This document shows, in pieces, positions 1 to 13,184 of a stretch of DNA of 64,000 nt. The notes beneath the pieces were generated by a model. The model was not told where the DNA came from. It saw only the letters and a program-made list of their open reading frames with translations, and did not search any database. The position numbers and the translations under genes are program-made. Position 1 is the stretch's first letter. Each line of letters begins with the position of its first letter. Source of the DNA: Octopus vulgaris (lineage: Eukaryota); NCBI GenBank assembly GCA_951406725.2, contig OX597823.1, positions 68,014,001 through 68,078,000 of the forward strand. The letters are read 5' to 3'.

Positions 1-800
1 AAAGAATTAGAACAAATGTTTCCAGGAATTTTTCCCAAATCTCTAATGATTCTATCAAAAAGAGAAAACAATGGTATCACCCACTAAAACAACACAATAC
101 ATCTTACATAAATGACACCAACAACTCACACAACTAACCTGCAACATAATTCTCTTCCCTTAATGCAATACAGCCCAAACTCTATATGCTCTACACTATC
201 ACCATCGCAACTAACACACATAACCTCATTTACATAACACATACAAAACACAAACATTACCCAACAAAATAACATACCTAACATTACACATACTCTGCAC
301 AACAGTCAAAACATTAAAATAACAACAGGCAAACACAACAAATATCACAACAAAGCAAACGTAATGTAGTACACAAATAAAATTCAGTTCTATATTCCCA
401 GAAGCAAATGTTGCACACACATCAGGAACATGTAGGTACACCTGTTGGTGCAGCAGAAACTTGCATAAAACTGGTGAAAATATGACAAGAAAAATAAGAA
501 TGAAGGTGATAATAATAAAATTTTCAAAACGTTGTTTTATCAAGTTATATCCTGAGGATTATTTTTATTCATTAGAAATTAGACTAAAATAAATGGTATA
601 CTTTCACAAACTATTTGTGTGTGAATGTGTTAGTGTTTGTTGAGTTTGTGTACATGTGAATGTGTGTGTGCGTGCATGCTTATGCATGTATGTGTGTGTA
701 CATGCAAGTGTAACTTTGGAAGAATATTTAATAACTAAGTACCAAAGATTCATTATAATAATCAATATGTGATGTAAAAAGACACAACAACAACAATAAT

Positions 801-984
801 TCTTTCTATTACAAGCATAAGGCCTAAAATTTGGGGGAAGAAGGCTAGTCAATTAGATCGAACCCATTGCTCAACTATACTTATTTTATAAATCTCAAAA
901 GGATGAAAAGCAAAATCAACTTAGGTGAAATTTGAACTCAAAACATAAAGACAGACAAAATGCTAAACATTCTGTCAGCTCACC
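801..984 (-). mobile_element. tRNA-derived SINE, family A (degenerate)
   Basis: Shares the core gagttcaaatt..gactttgcctttcatcctttcggggtcgataaa.taagtaccag with many copies in the window; abuts (AAT)n. Confidence 0.8.
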
Positions 985-986
985 TA

Positions 987-1020
<34 letters not shown>

Positions 1021-1021
1021 T

Positions 1022-1232
1022 GATTTCAAATTTTAACACAAGGCCAGCAGTTTCAGTGGATGGGTGTAAGTCATATCAACTGCAGTGCCTAACTGGTGCT
1101 TATTTTATCAACACTGAAAGGATGAAAGGCAAAGTCAACCTAAGTGGAATTTGAACTCAGAATGTACAGATGGACATAATGCCAGTAAGAATTTCATCCA
1201 GTGTGTTTACAATTCTGCCAGCTCACTGCCTT
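1022..1232 (-). mobile_element. tRNA-derived SINE, family A
   Basis: Same core on the minus strand, with head ggcagtgagctggcagaat; lies between AAT/TAT microsatellites. Confidence 0.85.
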
Positions 1233-1436
1233 ATTATTATTATTATTATTATTATTATTGTTATTATTATCATTATTATGATTATTATGATTATTATTAT
1301 TATTATTATTATTGTTATTATTATTATTATTATGATTATTCATGCTAGCATGGAAAACGGACGCTAAATGATGATGATGATGATGATGAATAACAATGAT
1401 AATAATAATAACAATAATAATCAATTATAATAATAA
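1231..1436. repeat. (TAT)n / (GAT)n / (AAT)n microsatellites with a short RTE-tail remnant
   Basis: Seen directly. catgctagcatggaaaacggacgctaaatgatgatg at 1341-1388 is the family C tail. Confidence 0.9.
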
Positions 1437-1437
1437 T

Positions 1438-1797
1438 GAAAAGAACACCCAGAGAGTGCAAACCTCTGCCAAGGCAACACCAACATCTTCTCGACAATTA
1501 GCTAGAGATGATTTTTAAAATGAGAATATCCGAAACAAACTCGACTGCTCTCACAAATGAGAATACTAAAAATGAATCCGACTGCTCTCAAAAATTAAGT
1601 AAAATACCAGGAAAAATAATCCAGAATCCTTGTCTAATCAGTTTGTGCCTGTCATGAGGTCAAACATCCCTGAAAGTTTCATCCGAATCCATCCAGTGGT
1701 TCTTGAAACGTTTTGTCCACAGACACACAAACAAATAAATATACAAACAAACATGACTGAAAACAATACCTACGCCTTCGCTAAGGCAGAGGTAATT
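1438..1797. mobile_element. Helentron-associated non-autonomous element (HINE/DINE-1-like)
   Basis: Subterminal inverted repeat acctctgcc (1462-1470) / ggcagaggt (1785-1793); terminal hairpin tacctacgcctt-cgct-aaggcagaggta; internal (ACAA/ACAG)n preceded by aagtttcatccgaatcc. Confidence 0.65.
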
Positions 1798-2006
1798 ATC
1801 CTTTGTATTATAGATTCAAGGCCTGAAATTTTGTGGGGAGAGGTTTAGTCAATTAGATTGTCCCCACTACTCAACTGCTACTCATTTCATCAACCCTGAA
1901 AGAATGAAAGACAAAGTTGTTCTTGGTTGAATTTGAACTGAGAATGGACAAAATGTTGCTAAGCATTTTCCTCATCATGCTAACAATTCTGCCAGTTCAA
2001 CATCTT
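1798..2006 (-). mobile_element. SINE family A
   Basis: Family A core and tail similarity. Confidence 0.8.
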
Positions 2007-2374
2007 AGCAACAGCAGCAACAACAACAACAATAGCAGCAGCAGCAACAGCATCAGCAATCATCTCTTACATTGGAATAAGAATAAAAATTAGTAGAAAT
2101 GAGGTCTATTTTACTTTATTTTATTCAGTCTGGAAGGATGAAAAAAAAAAAAACAATCAGTCTATCCTCACAGAATTTTGAGGTGAGAATATAATCTTTT
2201 GTACCTACTCAAAACATATTGATATTGTTTTTATTCAAGGTATGCAGATCTGAAGGAGGGAAAAGATGTAGTGTCATACACAACATTTTCTCAAGAAATG
2301 ATGTAACTTAGAACAATAAATGAAATTATGTGATTAGCTAAACTTACTAAGACCTTTACTCTGTACACTACAGT

Positions 2375-2623
2375 CAGTTAGTCCATATTACTCCATATGG
2401 AGCATAGGCCCAGTTCCCCTGGTTTCTCTGGTGTATGCATATTCCTGCTAAGTCAGGACTCTGATCCATCACAGAATTACTCATTTTTACCTACTGAGTG
2501 GACTAGAGCAACGTGGAATGAAGTGTTTTTCTCAAGAATGCAACACATTGCCCAGTCCAGGAATCAAAACCACAATCTTATGATCATGAACCCAACACCC
2601 TAACCATTAAGCCATGCACCTCC
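2375..2623 (-). mobile_element. tRNA-derived SINE (distinct family)
   Basis: Minus strand has A/B-box-like head ggaggtgcatggcttaatggttagggtgttgg...ggttttgattcctgg, followed by a SINE-like body. Confidence 0.7.
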
Positions 2624-4134
2624 AATTCTTGTATATCACAGTTCTGGCAAATAACAATTTCTAACTTTGGCAAATGGCAAAAAAAACCAAACAAACAAAC
2701 AAAAAAACTGTAGGTTGAACCATTAGATTACAATAATCCTCAGTAAATGATTGCTGCTAGTTTATCAAACCATGGAACTGATGGTTCTTAATAATATTCA
2801 TTTCATACTAGAGATTTATATTTATGATATCCATCTATATTTAGAAGTATTTGCCTTGTAAATTCTGTTTACCTTATATCAAGGCTTGCTCGAGTTACTT
2901 TAGAGAGAATGTACTGTTTCGTGATATCCACAACATATACCCATTACACATAGCCATATCTCTATTCTTTCCATGGCTCAGAAATACTTTCATATAATAA
3001 GTTACATAATAAAGATATGAAATAAACGTGACAACATTAGAAATGTAAATGCAAAAGCTGGTGAGGCTGTAATATATACTGGAAATGTCATGACTTGAAT
3101 CTCTTTAAATGAAAAGGAAGAAAAAAAAAACTATTGGATTATCATTTATAAAAAAAAGTAAAAATGTATTGAGTAAGAATGATAAGAACTGGGTAAAATA
3201 TGGAGTAGATGTATGGAAATCATTGCAAAGGTAATCAAAAGAAATATGGAAGATTAAGACATGAAATAAAGTTTTGTTGCTGGAAGTTCAATTAAATTAT
3301 AATTTAATTTTGTAAGTACAATTTATTTTTTGCCATTTTGTCTTGATAAAAGCAATGTTTTTTTTCTGGATATTCCCATTTTTTGTTAAAATACACAGTA
3401 TGAAGTAACATGATTCCTTGCCAGTTTAGAAAGGGTACATTCATATATTTGCATCACAACTTTTTTTTCTGAAAATCTGTACATTGGCAGTATATATATG
3501 CATGTGCATGTCCTTGTGTGTGTATGTGTACACTCACATACACATAGACACACATACATACACACATGCACATATGCACACATACACACACTCATACATT
3601 CAGACATAGATATATCTAATAGTTAGTAAATACAACTGCCTAACTTAATTTCCTTCATTGCCTTCAGAAACCAATGTGAGAAAATCCTTTCTTTTGTATT
3701 TCAACAGAAAATAATAAAGCTGGTAAAAAATAAAATAAAAATTCTTTTGTCTGACATAAAGTTGTATCATTTATTCTTAGATGAATGAAATCTTGAAAGA
3801 GGATACTGAAAGATAATATAAATATATCAAGCTAAGAACATATTATTTATGCAATAGAAGGGTGATAAATTAGAAATAAAATATATCTCTGAAAGATATA
3901 GCTGGAAGATAGCCTTGTTTTACAGAGTAATTTTATCTGTTTTATAACAGTTCTGTATTGTATACTCATAGACTGTTTACATAAGGTCTAATTTTAGAGT
4001 TGCTGACTGCTTTCAGTGAAATACCCAAAAGTCTAATGACTAAAATTTTCTTACAGTTATGCTGATCAGATAATATAAAGGGTATTTTGGCACTCAGTTT
4101 TGTTATATATCTGTTGAATATTATTTCACATGGT

Positions 4135-4855
4135 CTCAGGCATGGTTACTTGGTTAAGAAGTTTGTCTCAAAATTATGTGGTTCTACATTTCATCCACTG
4201 TGTAGAACCTGAAGCAAGTGTCTTTTACCATAGTCATGAGCCAATCAAAGGTATGTGAATGAAATTTGGTTGTAGATAACCACAAGGCATATTTATATAT
4301 ATATATATGTAACATAGGATTTTTATATGAGCAGAAAAAAAAAAGAAAGCTTCTTAACCATGCAACCATACACAGGTAAAGAAGTTAACTTTTCAACCAT
4401 GTGGATTTTAGTTCAATCCCATTACACTGCACATTGGGCTAGTGTCTTCTACTGTAGCCTCAGGCTGACCAAAACCTTGTGAATTGAATTGGTTGGAGTA
4501 CACTTAAAGAAGCCCATCATCTCTGTCTCTGTCTGTCTGTCTGTATGTATGTATGCATGCATGCATGTATGTATCTATTTATGTATCTATCTATCTTTCT
4601 GTGTGTGTGTGCGCGCGCACATGTGTGTGTTCCTTTGTCTTGGCATTATGTGATAATTGTAAATGAGTGTCACTGTCATACAAGTGATATTTTTTATCTT
4701 CCATGGAAACATTTGGCTATGGGAAACTATGTCCTTATTCAATGAAGTAAGTACCAAATGAAAGTACTGTTGTTGATTTAATCTGCTATAACCATAGAAG
4801 GTGGTGCTTCCGTATAGCAGCAGCACATGTGATTGAAAGCAGTAAAAGAATGGAA
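4135..4855 (+). mobile_element. Two SINE family B copies (CORE-like SINE with internal microsatellite)
   Basis: Motifs ggcatgg..tggttaagaagtttg, gggc.agtgtcttctact.tagcc and aaagaagcccatc, then a microsatellite and tail; match the copies at 31820 and 47011. Confidence 0.7.
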
Positions 4856-5490
4856 GTATATGTCCAATATCTAACTATTATTCTGAGCAAAAATCAACAC
4901 AATTAAGACCAATGAAAGAATATAAATATTACCAAAGAGATTTACTAAGATTGACAATATAATTACATAAAATATAACTTGCTATTAATCTGTTGCAGTC
5001 TTCTGAAGAGAGGTTCTCATCCCTTTTCCATATAGTTATATAACACCTAAGATATTATAATGGATAATTAATAATGTACTAATTGTCACATGCAGTCAGT
5101 TCTGAATTTAAACTAGAGTTCCTTTCTCAGTTAGAGAAAGAAAGTAAAAATATAGGGATAATTGCAAGAAACTCTCATAGAAATAATTTCTATAGGTAAC
5201 CAACTATTAAAGATATATTTTCCAATCTATTTGACCCTGACAGCATAGTACTGTCTACTCAAACCTGCAAATCACTGGATAGGTTTTTATATATAAAACA
5301 AGAGTAATACATATATATGAAGGGTGGAGAATACAATGGATTAAATACTCAATTTGTTGACCTTTTCCAATAGGAACAGTGAGGCAAAATAAGTAAAACA
5401 TTTACAAATTGGCTGTGAGGGGGAGAGGGGTTACATTAAGAAATGATCTCTTACCCAAATAACACACTTGTGATATATATATATATATAT

Positions 5491-5763
5491 CACGTGATCA
5501 CCCAGACCATCAGATGTTGTTACACATCACTGGTCACAATGCGTTCGCATTGTTTTAGCCTTCAAATGATGCCACCCGCTGGCTAAGTGAGCAGGCCAAC
5601 AGAAGAAAGAGTACAGCAGGGATCATCACCCCCTGCCGGAGCATCATGGAGCTTTTAGGTGTTTTCGCTCAATAAACACTCACAACACCCGGTCTGGGAA
5701 TCGAAACCGCGATCCTACGACCGCAAGTCCGCTGCCCTAACCACTGGGCCATTGCGCCTCCAC
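5491..5763 (-). mobile_element. tRNA(Arg)-like-headed SINE, family D (relatively young)
   Basis: Minus strand reads gtggaggcgcaatggcccagtggttagggcagcggacttgcggtcgtaggatcgcggtttcgattccc. A very similar copy lies at 31503-31667. Confidence 0.85.
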
Positions 5764-5804
5764 TATATATATATATATGCATGTATGTATATATGGATGG
5801 ATGC

Positions 5805-6212
5805 AGACTGTTACATACAGAAGTGCCGATTACTTAAAGTGGATGGAACTTGTGGAAGAAGGAGACCCAAGATCACACGGGACAAAGTGTTGTAGGCCGA
5901 TCTCAAGACACTGAGCCTTATGAAGGAGATGACAAAGGACCAAAATATCTGATGCCTTGCCATACTAGCAGAATTTTTACCAGTTCTGGTGCCACATAAA
6001 AAGTACTCATACTGGTGCCATGTTAAACCCACCCAGTACACTCTCTGGAGTAGTAGGCATAAGGAAGTGCATCCAGCCGTAGAAACTATGCCAGAACAGA
6101 CAATGGAGCCTGGTGCAGCCCCGGGCCTTACCGGGTCTGGTCAAACCGTTAAACCCATGTCAGCATGAAAAATGGATGTTAAATGATGATTATGATGATG
6201 ATGATGATGATA
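5805..6212 (+). mobile_element. RTE LINE 3' fragment plus family C tail
   Basis: Encodes KCRLLKVDGTCGRRRPKITRDKVL (RTE C-terminus), then aggaag.gcatccagccgtagaaac...catgtcagcatgaaaaatggatgttaaa(tga)n. Confidence 0.8.
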
Positions 6213-6974
6213 ATATACATATATATATATATATATATATACACATGCACAAAAGGGGTACATGAATGTTTCAATGTGAATAAAGACATTTATCAGGAAC
6301 TGTATTTTCAGAATTTGTGTTTTGTGTGTCTTCTGTTTTTATCCTGAATTCTGCAGAAAACATTTTGAAATAATAAGATAAAAATGCTAAAAAAGTCAAT
6401 TTTAAGGTAGAGTCTTGGAAACAGAAGCAATCTTAGTTTGACTTGCAGTTCCTTATAATAAAATTTGATTTTATACCACTAAATTTCTAATTGACTTTTT
6501 TTTATTTCACATAAACTAAACTTTTTCATTCAGTTGTAACAACTAGATAATATCAGATTCCACCAAATGTCTTATAGGGATTCCATTGAGATAAATGTCA
6601 TTCATTATAAAATGTCACCAGGCAAAAACACCATGAAACAACAAATGACAAAGCATGTTTACTCTTTAAATGTAAATCTATCATGAACTGCTGCATTTTA
6701 CCATAGCTCTAAATTGCAACAACAGACATATTCTTAAATTAAGATAAAAACTGAGAAAAAAAGCAAGATAAATACTAACCCAGTGTTTATAGTTTGAACA
6801 AAGTTCAGTTATCTTCTTAAATTCCTTGTAGTTATCTCATGTGTAACTTTAAATCTGAGAAACAATATGGCTTAGGAACTATACTTTCAAAGAATAAATT
6901 AAAACTGAGAGATAAAAGAATTTGATTTTGTTAGATAGTACAGGTCTATCTCTCCAAGTGAAGAGCAGAATGTA

Positions 6975-7410
6975 CAATGCTTTTTTATGAATGAAATTTT
7001 GTTTGGTTGTGAAACATGAGTGCCAAGTGCAAAGAATATGCATAGGCTAAGAAGAAATGCAGTGAACATATTCCTTTGGATATGTGATGTCAGTATGTTT
7101 GAGGATGGAGAAGAGATGAGTGGAAATTGGTAAAGGAAGAATCATACTGTGGTGTGTAGAAGTGAAACTGCATTGGTATGATCATGTAATACATAAGAAA
7201 AATGAAAGTTTAGTAAAGCTGTGCCAAAGAAGCCATAAAGAGAGAGTCTGTGGAAGAAGACTGAGGAGGACCTGAGAAGAAGTAGCTAAGTTTAGTCTCA
7301 AGAAACCGGACCTCATAAACATTACCTAGTACAGTAACAAGTGATGAGATGCTGTGGTAGAAAAAGACATGCTCAATCCATGCCAGCATAGTAAAACAGA
7401 TGTAAAATAA
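6975..7410 (+). mobile_element. Degenerate RTE LINE 3' fragment
   Basis: Similar to 25740-26130 (atgcataggct, ctgcattggtatg.tcatgt); ends in catgccagcat tail. Confidence 0.65.
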
Positions 7411-7413
7411 TAA

Positions 7414-7830
7414 TGGCTTCAAGTTTTGGGGGAAGGTATATTGACGCCAAGATTCAACTGGTACTTATTCTATTGACCCCAAAAGAATGAAAAGCAAAGA
7501 TGACCTCAGCAGCATTTGAACACAGAATGTAAAGACAGATGGAATGCCACCAAGCATTTTGCCTAGTGTGCTAATGATTCTGCCAGCTCATCGCCTTATA
7601 GATGTAATGTAATAATCCTTTCTACTAAAGGCACAAGGCCTAAAATTTTGGGGGAGGGGACAAGTCAATTACATCAACCCCAGTGTTTCACTGGTGCTTA
7701 ATATATTGACTCCAAAAGGATGAAAGGCAAACTTGACCTTGTGAGAATTTGTACTCAGAATGTAGTGACAAGTGAAATACTGCTAAGCATTTTGCCTAGT
7801 GTGCTAATGATTCTGCCAGCTCACTGCCTT
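7414..7830 (-). mobile_element. Two tandem SINE family A copies
   Basis: Two cores (7414-7598 and 7616-7830) separated and flanked by repeats of agatgtaatgtaata. Confidence 0.85.
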
Positions 7831-9516
7831 ATAGATCTAATGTAATAGTGATGTTGAAGATCTATTATAATTCTAATTTTATAATGTTTTCTATAATTTT
7901 GATTGGCAAATCCAAGATTACCTGATGCTCTCATATTCTGTTTTTTGGACATTAACATATATTCATTCTCTCCATAGTGAAAAAACAAAACTATCATTGA
8001 TGTTTCCTTAAATATATCTTCAAATATTGTCCAGAACATTCTGTAAATCTGAAGAGGTATTGTGACAATAATTGTAGACTAACTGTCTGTATATGTAATA
8101 TCTATGTAGAAGATATTAACACCAAGTACTGCTTTTATTCTCCTTTCAGATCTTCATAAACTAATGTTTTATATAGTTGCAATTTTCTTATCAAATCATA
8201 ATACAAGTTTTAAAAAAATATTGGTGGCAAATTGTATATCAAACTAAAAACATTGATTTTTACTGAAAACTAAATAAACTTTTATACAGCAATTCAACAA
8301 AAACTAACCAACTGCAACAACACAGATTGATGATAGCATCAAAATATTTGATCAATGTCTGTGAAGCCAAATTAGAAACTTAGTTTAAATATGCACAAAT
8401 GTGTATATATTTGCATAATTGAATTAGAGACTAATTGACAAAGAATGGCTATATATATAACTATCCATGAAGAAAAGAAATTTTTGAGACATCTTAATTA
8501 GACAGGATTGAACAATTAATTATTTCTTTAGAAGCAAATTCATTCAGCTAATCCCCAAACAACTGTAATATATCAGTTGTAACTCACCAGAGGTATTCAC
8601 CTGTTTAATTCTGATATAAAAGAAAATTGGATAAAATAAATTGAGTGACTTTTTTTTCAATTCAGAAATATATTTTACTGACTACAGCTCTAATTAAATT
8701 TTCAAGGGAACAAAAATGTTTTCTAAAACCTTCAGGTAATTTTCAGCAAAATACAATTCAATTTCAAGAGAACATTGTCAGTTAATTCAATTAAGAAATA
8801 CAAACTATGCAAACTCTATTAAGGAATTTTTCAATTAATTCCCTACATACGGCTGCAGACATAAACACACACATACACACACACATACACATGCACACAC
8901 ACGCATTTGCTAATGACTATTTTTATGTAAAATTAATATATAAAAACAGTTGAATGCTATATTGAAGGATCATTCAATATATTTCTGTAGACTACTATAT
9001 TATTATAATTTTACAAGGTAGAGGTTGACAGAGACTTCAAAGTTTCAAGTTATTAGCTGTTATCAGACTGTAAATTAGTTTTGTTTTCCAAGCATTACAT
9101 ACGTTCTGCAGAAAAGGAGTCATCTAGTGGAGAGAACAATTGGTCTGCAAAGTAGGTATGTTGTAAAAGAGTTTGTAGAGAGAAAGACAGAGTAGCAGAA
9201 AAAAAAAAAGCAGGAGCAGATAGAGAAGGAGAGGAAGAAAGCAACCATCTATAAGGTGAGAGTAGGAAGGAAAGTATGGTGAAAACATTTCCTGGGTGGG
9301 CAGAGGTGTGTTGAAAATTGTTTGATGGCAATAAGTATGTTGGTTACATTAAATGTAAGAAATTAGAATTCGTTACATGTTACTCTAAGGGGTCATTCAA
9401 ACATGGTATGTAAAAGTGGGTGCTAAAAGTTAGACCAGTATATGGGTGAAAGTGTGATACCTAGGTCACAGCCAGAGGTTGGAGTTGAAGCTTTGTTGAA
9501 TGTTATCAGAATCTCT

Positions 9517-9730
9517 TTAATCCTTCAGCAGTCAGATTACTTTGTCAAATGTAATGCTCATTTATCCACATTGCTTTGAATTAATCATGTATTATATCAT
9601 AACTTTGAGATTTCATTTATGTGATTATTCATTCTTAGGATGATATTGTAAGGTAGGTGTGAGAGGCTGGATCTGGCTGGCTTGAACATAAAGCAGACAG
9701 AATGTTTGGACCAGATATGGCTAAAGAGTT
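9517..9730. mobile_element. Degenerate piggyBac-type MITE
   Basis: Ends ttaatccttcagc ... gctaaagagttt are imperfect TIRs, with TTAA at the left end. Confidence 0.5.
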
Positions 9731-9999
9731 TACTTATATTTAGTGCAAGGGTTTAGTTGCTTATTGTTAGGGTTCCTTTAAGTATTTATAGATATTACAT
9801 GTTAAATTTGTAAAAAGTATAAGTCAAAAATGGATCAAATTCAGTGATCTTGGTTAAAAGATGTCTCTAAAATAAGAGTTTACAACTTGCTTTGTAGACA
9901 CAGATGAATATTGTTATTTGCTATTATTAATTCCATTAATATGTGTATATATGCCTGTTGTGTATAAGTGTGCAAACATCTACATCTCTCTTTATTTCT

Positions 10000-10031
<32 letters not shown>

Positions 10032-10394
10032 GATACTTCTGTTAGATGCTAAGGGAGGAAATATATGAACAAAATATATGTTAAGATCTGTTAAGAATAC
10101 CCATCCCCATCTACAACACCAATTGAAGCCATACAGAATTAATAACTGACAAAATATCAAAAGCTGTGTAGGATAAAGGCATCTAATGTTGAAGTTATTA
10201 ACTTCTTATGTATGCATTCTATACTTTGTTGAAGACTTGTGCGTGGGATTCTAATGACATTCTTAATGACGGTTGCATTAAGTTACGATGGGAGAAATAT
10301 ACTTTCAGGAAGAGTTGTTCCCCTTGCGCTATTAAAATTTCTTTTTGAACGAAAACTAGACTAAAATTAAAACTCTCACCCTACACATCCTTCA

Positions 10395-10800
10395 GCCCTT
10401 CCAGCTGCTGATAATTTATAAAGCTCAAATGGGGCCCACAGTAGAGTGCTATTCTCAATTCTGGAACAATGCTACACACACTGATTTCTTGGATGGCTGT
10501 CAAAGAAGGATCACTCAGCTGATTGATACTTCATCACACTCCAGTTTCTATGCCATTAGACATGATGTTTCCTATCTCTGTCTTTTCTGTTGCTAGTAAT
10601 AATGATCTCTGTTCTTTAACATTGGCAGGTCTCATACCTCCACTATTCAGGAAACCACTTCCTTCCTGTCCCTCCACTTCTCATCACACTTGGTGTGTCT
10701 ATTGCTCCTTTATTCTTCATTAAACATAAAACTCAAACTTTCAGCCCCAGGACATTGGCCCTCTGGAATCTCCTCCCTCGTCCATGTCTTTTTTTCAGTT
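10395..10800 (+). mobile_element. CR1/L2/Jockey-group LINE 3' fragment
   Basis: Translates PFQLLIIYKAQMGPTVECYSQFW..FLDGCQRRITQLID, resembling the YKxxIRPxLEYxSxxW..LDxxQRRAxRLI RT thumb. Confidence 0.7.
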
Positions 10801-10940
10801 AGATTTGAATAATTATTGCTCCCTATTCAGGTAGAGAGAAACCCAGAGTATCATGTCCTGACAATAATTTCTTTATATGAACACCACAAGCACCACGTCA
10901 GCTGCTACTGCCAGAGCCACCATTGGCAACAAAACTAATG

Positions 10941-10979
<39 letters not shown>

Positions 10980-11930
10980 TTATTTGGATTTTAACTACTA
11001 TTTTAAACCTGGTGGAGTTCAACTCTCTCCAGGTCTGAATACAATAAGGCAGAGACACTTTAACTCATATCAAAAGACGTTCAAACCAATACTACAAGTC
11101 ATTCTGTTTGATGGTCTGCTGACTCCACCAGTTCAACATTACACACACACACACAAACACACATGCAATAATGTAAGAATTGAACAGCATATAAAAATAT
11201 TTTACATATGCAAATATTATCTGGTGTAGAAATCAATACATTGGGTTGAGTGGATAGATATGCTTATTATATTAAAATTTGACAGTTTACACTAAGTTTT
11301 GTCTGAACAACCCAGCCATAGATATGTATGTGCATGTGTAATTAAGTTGTATAAAATAAAGAAAAACTATATGTAAAGATAGTTACCAGTAAATACAAAA
11401 ATAAATGTAACAAAGGATAATTTTTCACCAAACTGGAAACTATTCCAAAGCCTTCGAGGAATATTGAAAAAATTTTTCGGCTAAATTCAATTAATTTTTA
11501 TGCCTTCTCAGATTAATTCAACACAAATGATGTAGAACATTGTAACCAATTAAATTTGCTTTAAATAATTGGTAAGAGCTGCGCTAAGCTATAGTTTTAA
11601 ATAGTTATAATTAACTCCTGCTGACAGTCATAAACTTACACATGCACACACACACACACACATGCACAAACATATATTTGTATATATATTGAATGTCCAG
11701 ATAACTATATTGTAGTAAACAGCTAGCAGAACATTAATTGAGTACCAAACTAATTCATTTCAAGCCACCTCCTGGAGACTTGCAGTTAATCATGCTGTTT
11801 AGCTAGAATACAAAACAGAAAGTGAATTATATTTCCCAAAATTCATTTTAATCCAAACTTTTCAATGTACATTCAAGAACTTGTGACAAGTATTTCAGCT
11901 CATGTGTGTGTGTGTATGAATATATACACA

Positions 11931-12783
11931 CACAGGATGTACCCAAAAGGTATATACACATATTGACTGATTATAATGACAGTGATTCAAAATTTAATTG
12001 AATCAACAGACAAAATTTTAAGTTTCTTATGAATGTCTACTTTCAAACTTCTGAACATTCTGGTCCAAGCACTGTTGATAACATGAAGCAATGGAATGGA
12101 AAACATCAAGAAACATTTTGTTTGGTTTTTGTGTGCATTCTCATTCAGTGGCTGCCCTAGACTCCTTGACTGTTGCCAGTTTTGTAGTGTAAACCTTGTC
12201 TTTTAAGTATCTCCATAAAACACTTCCAAAAATTTGCATTGGAAAGTGCATGATTTATACATTTTATCGAGTACCATTTGCAAAAAAACTTCACCCTTTG
12301 GTCTGCATCATCTCTATTGGGAGCATAGACTATTATTGAAATGTAACTTTTCCGCTGACAGTACTTCAATATGTGGTGAATGCTTGATTTTGAAATTCCA
12401 ATCTGACAATTCACATGCTGCACAGGCTTCTTTGAACTCTGACAATACATTTCTAGTATGCTTTCCTGCTTTTTGAGTTTCATTGATGTTTGCAGTCTTC
12501 CAGAACATTTCTTGTGGACAATCTGAACAGCTCTGTCTGCTTCAAAGTTATCATTGATTTGAGTGATGGTAAGTTACATAAGTGGATATGTTTAAAACTC
12601 CTTCCTAAACTGTCTTTGCACTTCGAGTTTTCAAACTTCCAGTAGCATTTGCAGATAAATTTTCTTTGTTCAAAGCTTAGTCTAGTTCTCTTCATTGTTT
12701 CTAATGGGTAAAATAGAAAAAGAAATGAAAATTGAGGTAAGAGCTGTTAAGGTGTGTATACATTGTTTGGGACACAATGTGTA
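11931..12783 (-). mobile_element. Tc1/mariner-superfamily DNA transposon remnant (DUF4817-type HTH), internally deleted
   Basis: Broken ORFs RLSFEQRKFICKCYWKFEN... and SSKKPVQH..GISKSSIHHILK. Imperfect TIRs: cacaggatgtacccaaaaggtatatacac versus reverse complement cacattgtgtcccaaacaatgtatacac. Confidence 0.75.
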
Positions 12784-12854
12784 TATATATATTTTTTCTC
12801 TGTAGTTTCAGTTTAGAACTGTGGCCATGCTGGAGCACCACTGTTTTGCTACAC

Positions 12855-13155
12855 TGTTTTTACTGAGAGCCTCCTCTAATATGTGTCACTTGGTGAAGAA
12901 TGGAGTTTGATGTAGCTACCCTCATTTGCACTTCTTGCTGTAAGGTAGGTTCATCGGGGACTCTCGACAGGAAGAGGTCCAGCCTTGATTTGAAAAGGCC
13001 TACATTCACTTTGTGCAGGTTCCTCAGGCTCTTTGGGAGAATATTAAAAAGCTGTGGGACCCTGAAACTCAGGCTGCTGCAGTAACTGGTCCTGAAGCGT
13101 GATGACATTGCTGAAATCTTTGGCACTGTGCAGTGGTGGCCCGTTCTGGCATAGT
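12855..13155 (-). mobile_element. CR1/L2-like LINE 3' fragment
   Basis: SLSFRVPQLFNILPKSLRNL..FKSRLDLFLSRVPDEP is a typical LINE ORF2 C-terminus. Confidence 0.75.
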
Positions 13156-13184
13156 GAACACATAGAAAGGTGTGCTAGGAATCT

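Noticed and set aside
226-543. 105-aa hydrophobic ORF, and a good-looking minus-strand acceptor at about 471
   Set aside because: The ORF runs into low-complexity AAC-rich DNA and has no recognisable homology. The frame compatible with the MAGUK exon hits a stop and is not PDZ-like.
5690-5763. Possible tRNA genes (also 31595-31667 and 62739-62811)
   Set aside because: They lack a proper acceptor stem and terminator and continue directly into repeat bodies, so they are SINE heads.
6780-6854. Minus-strand segment with splice-like boundaries
   Set aside because: Stop codons in all three frames.
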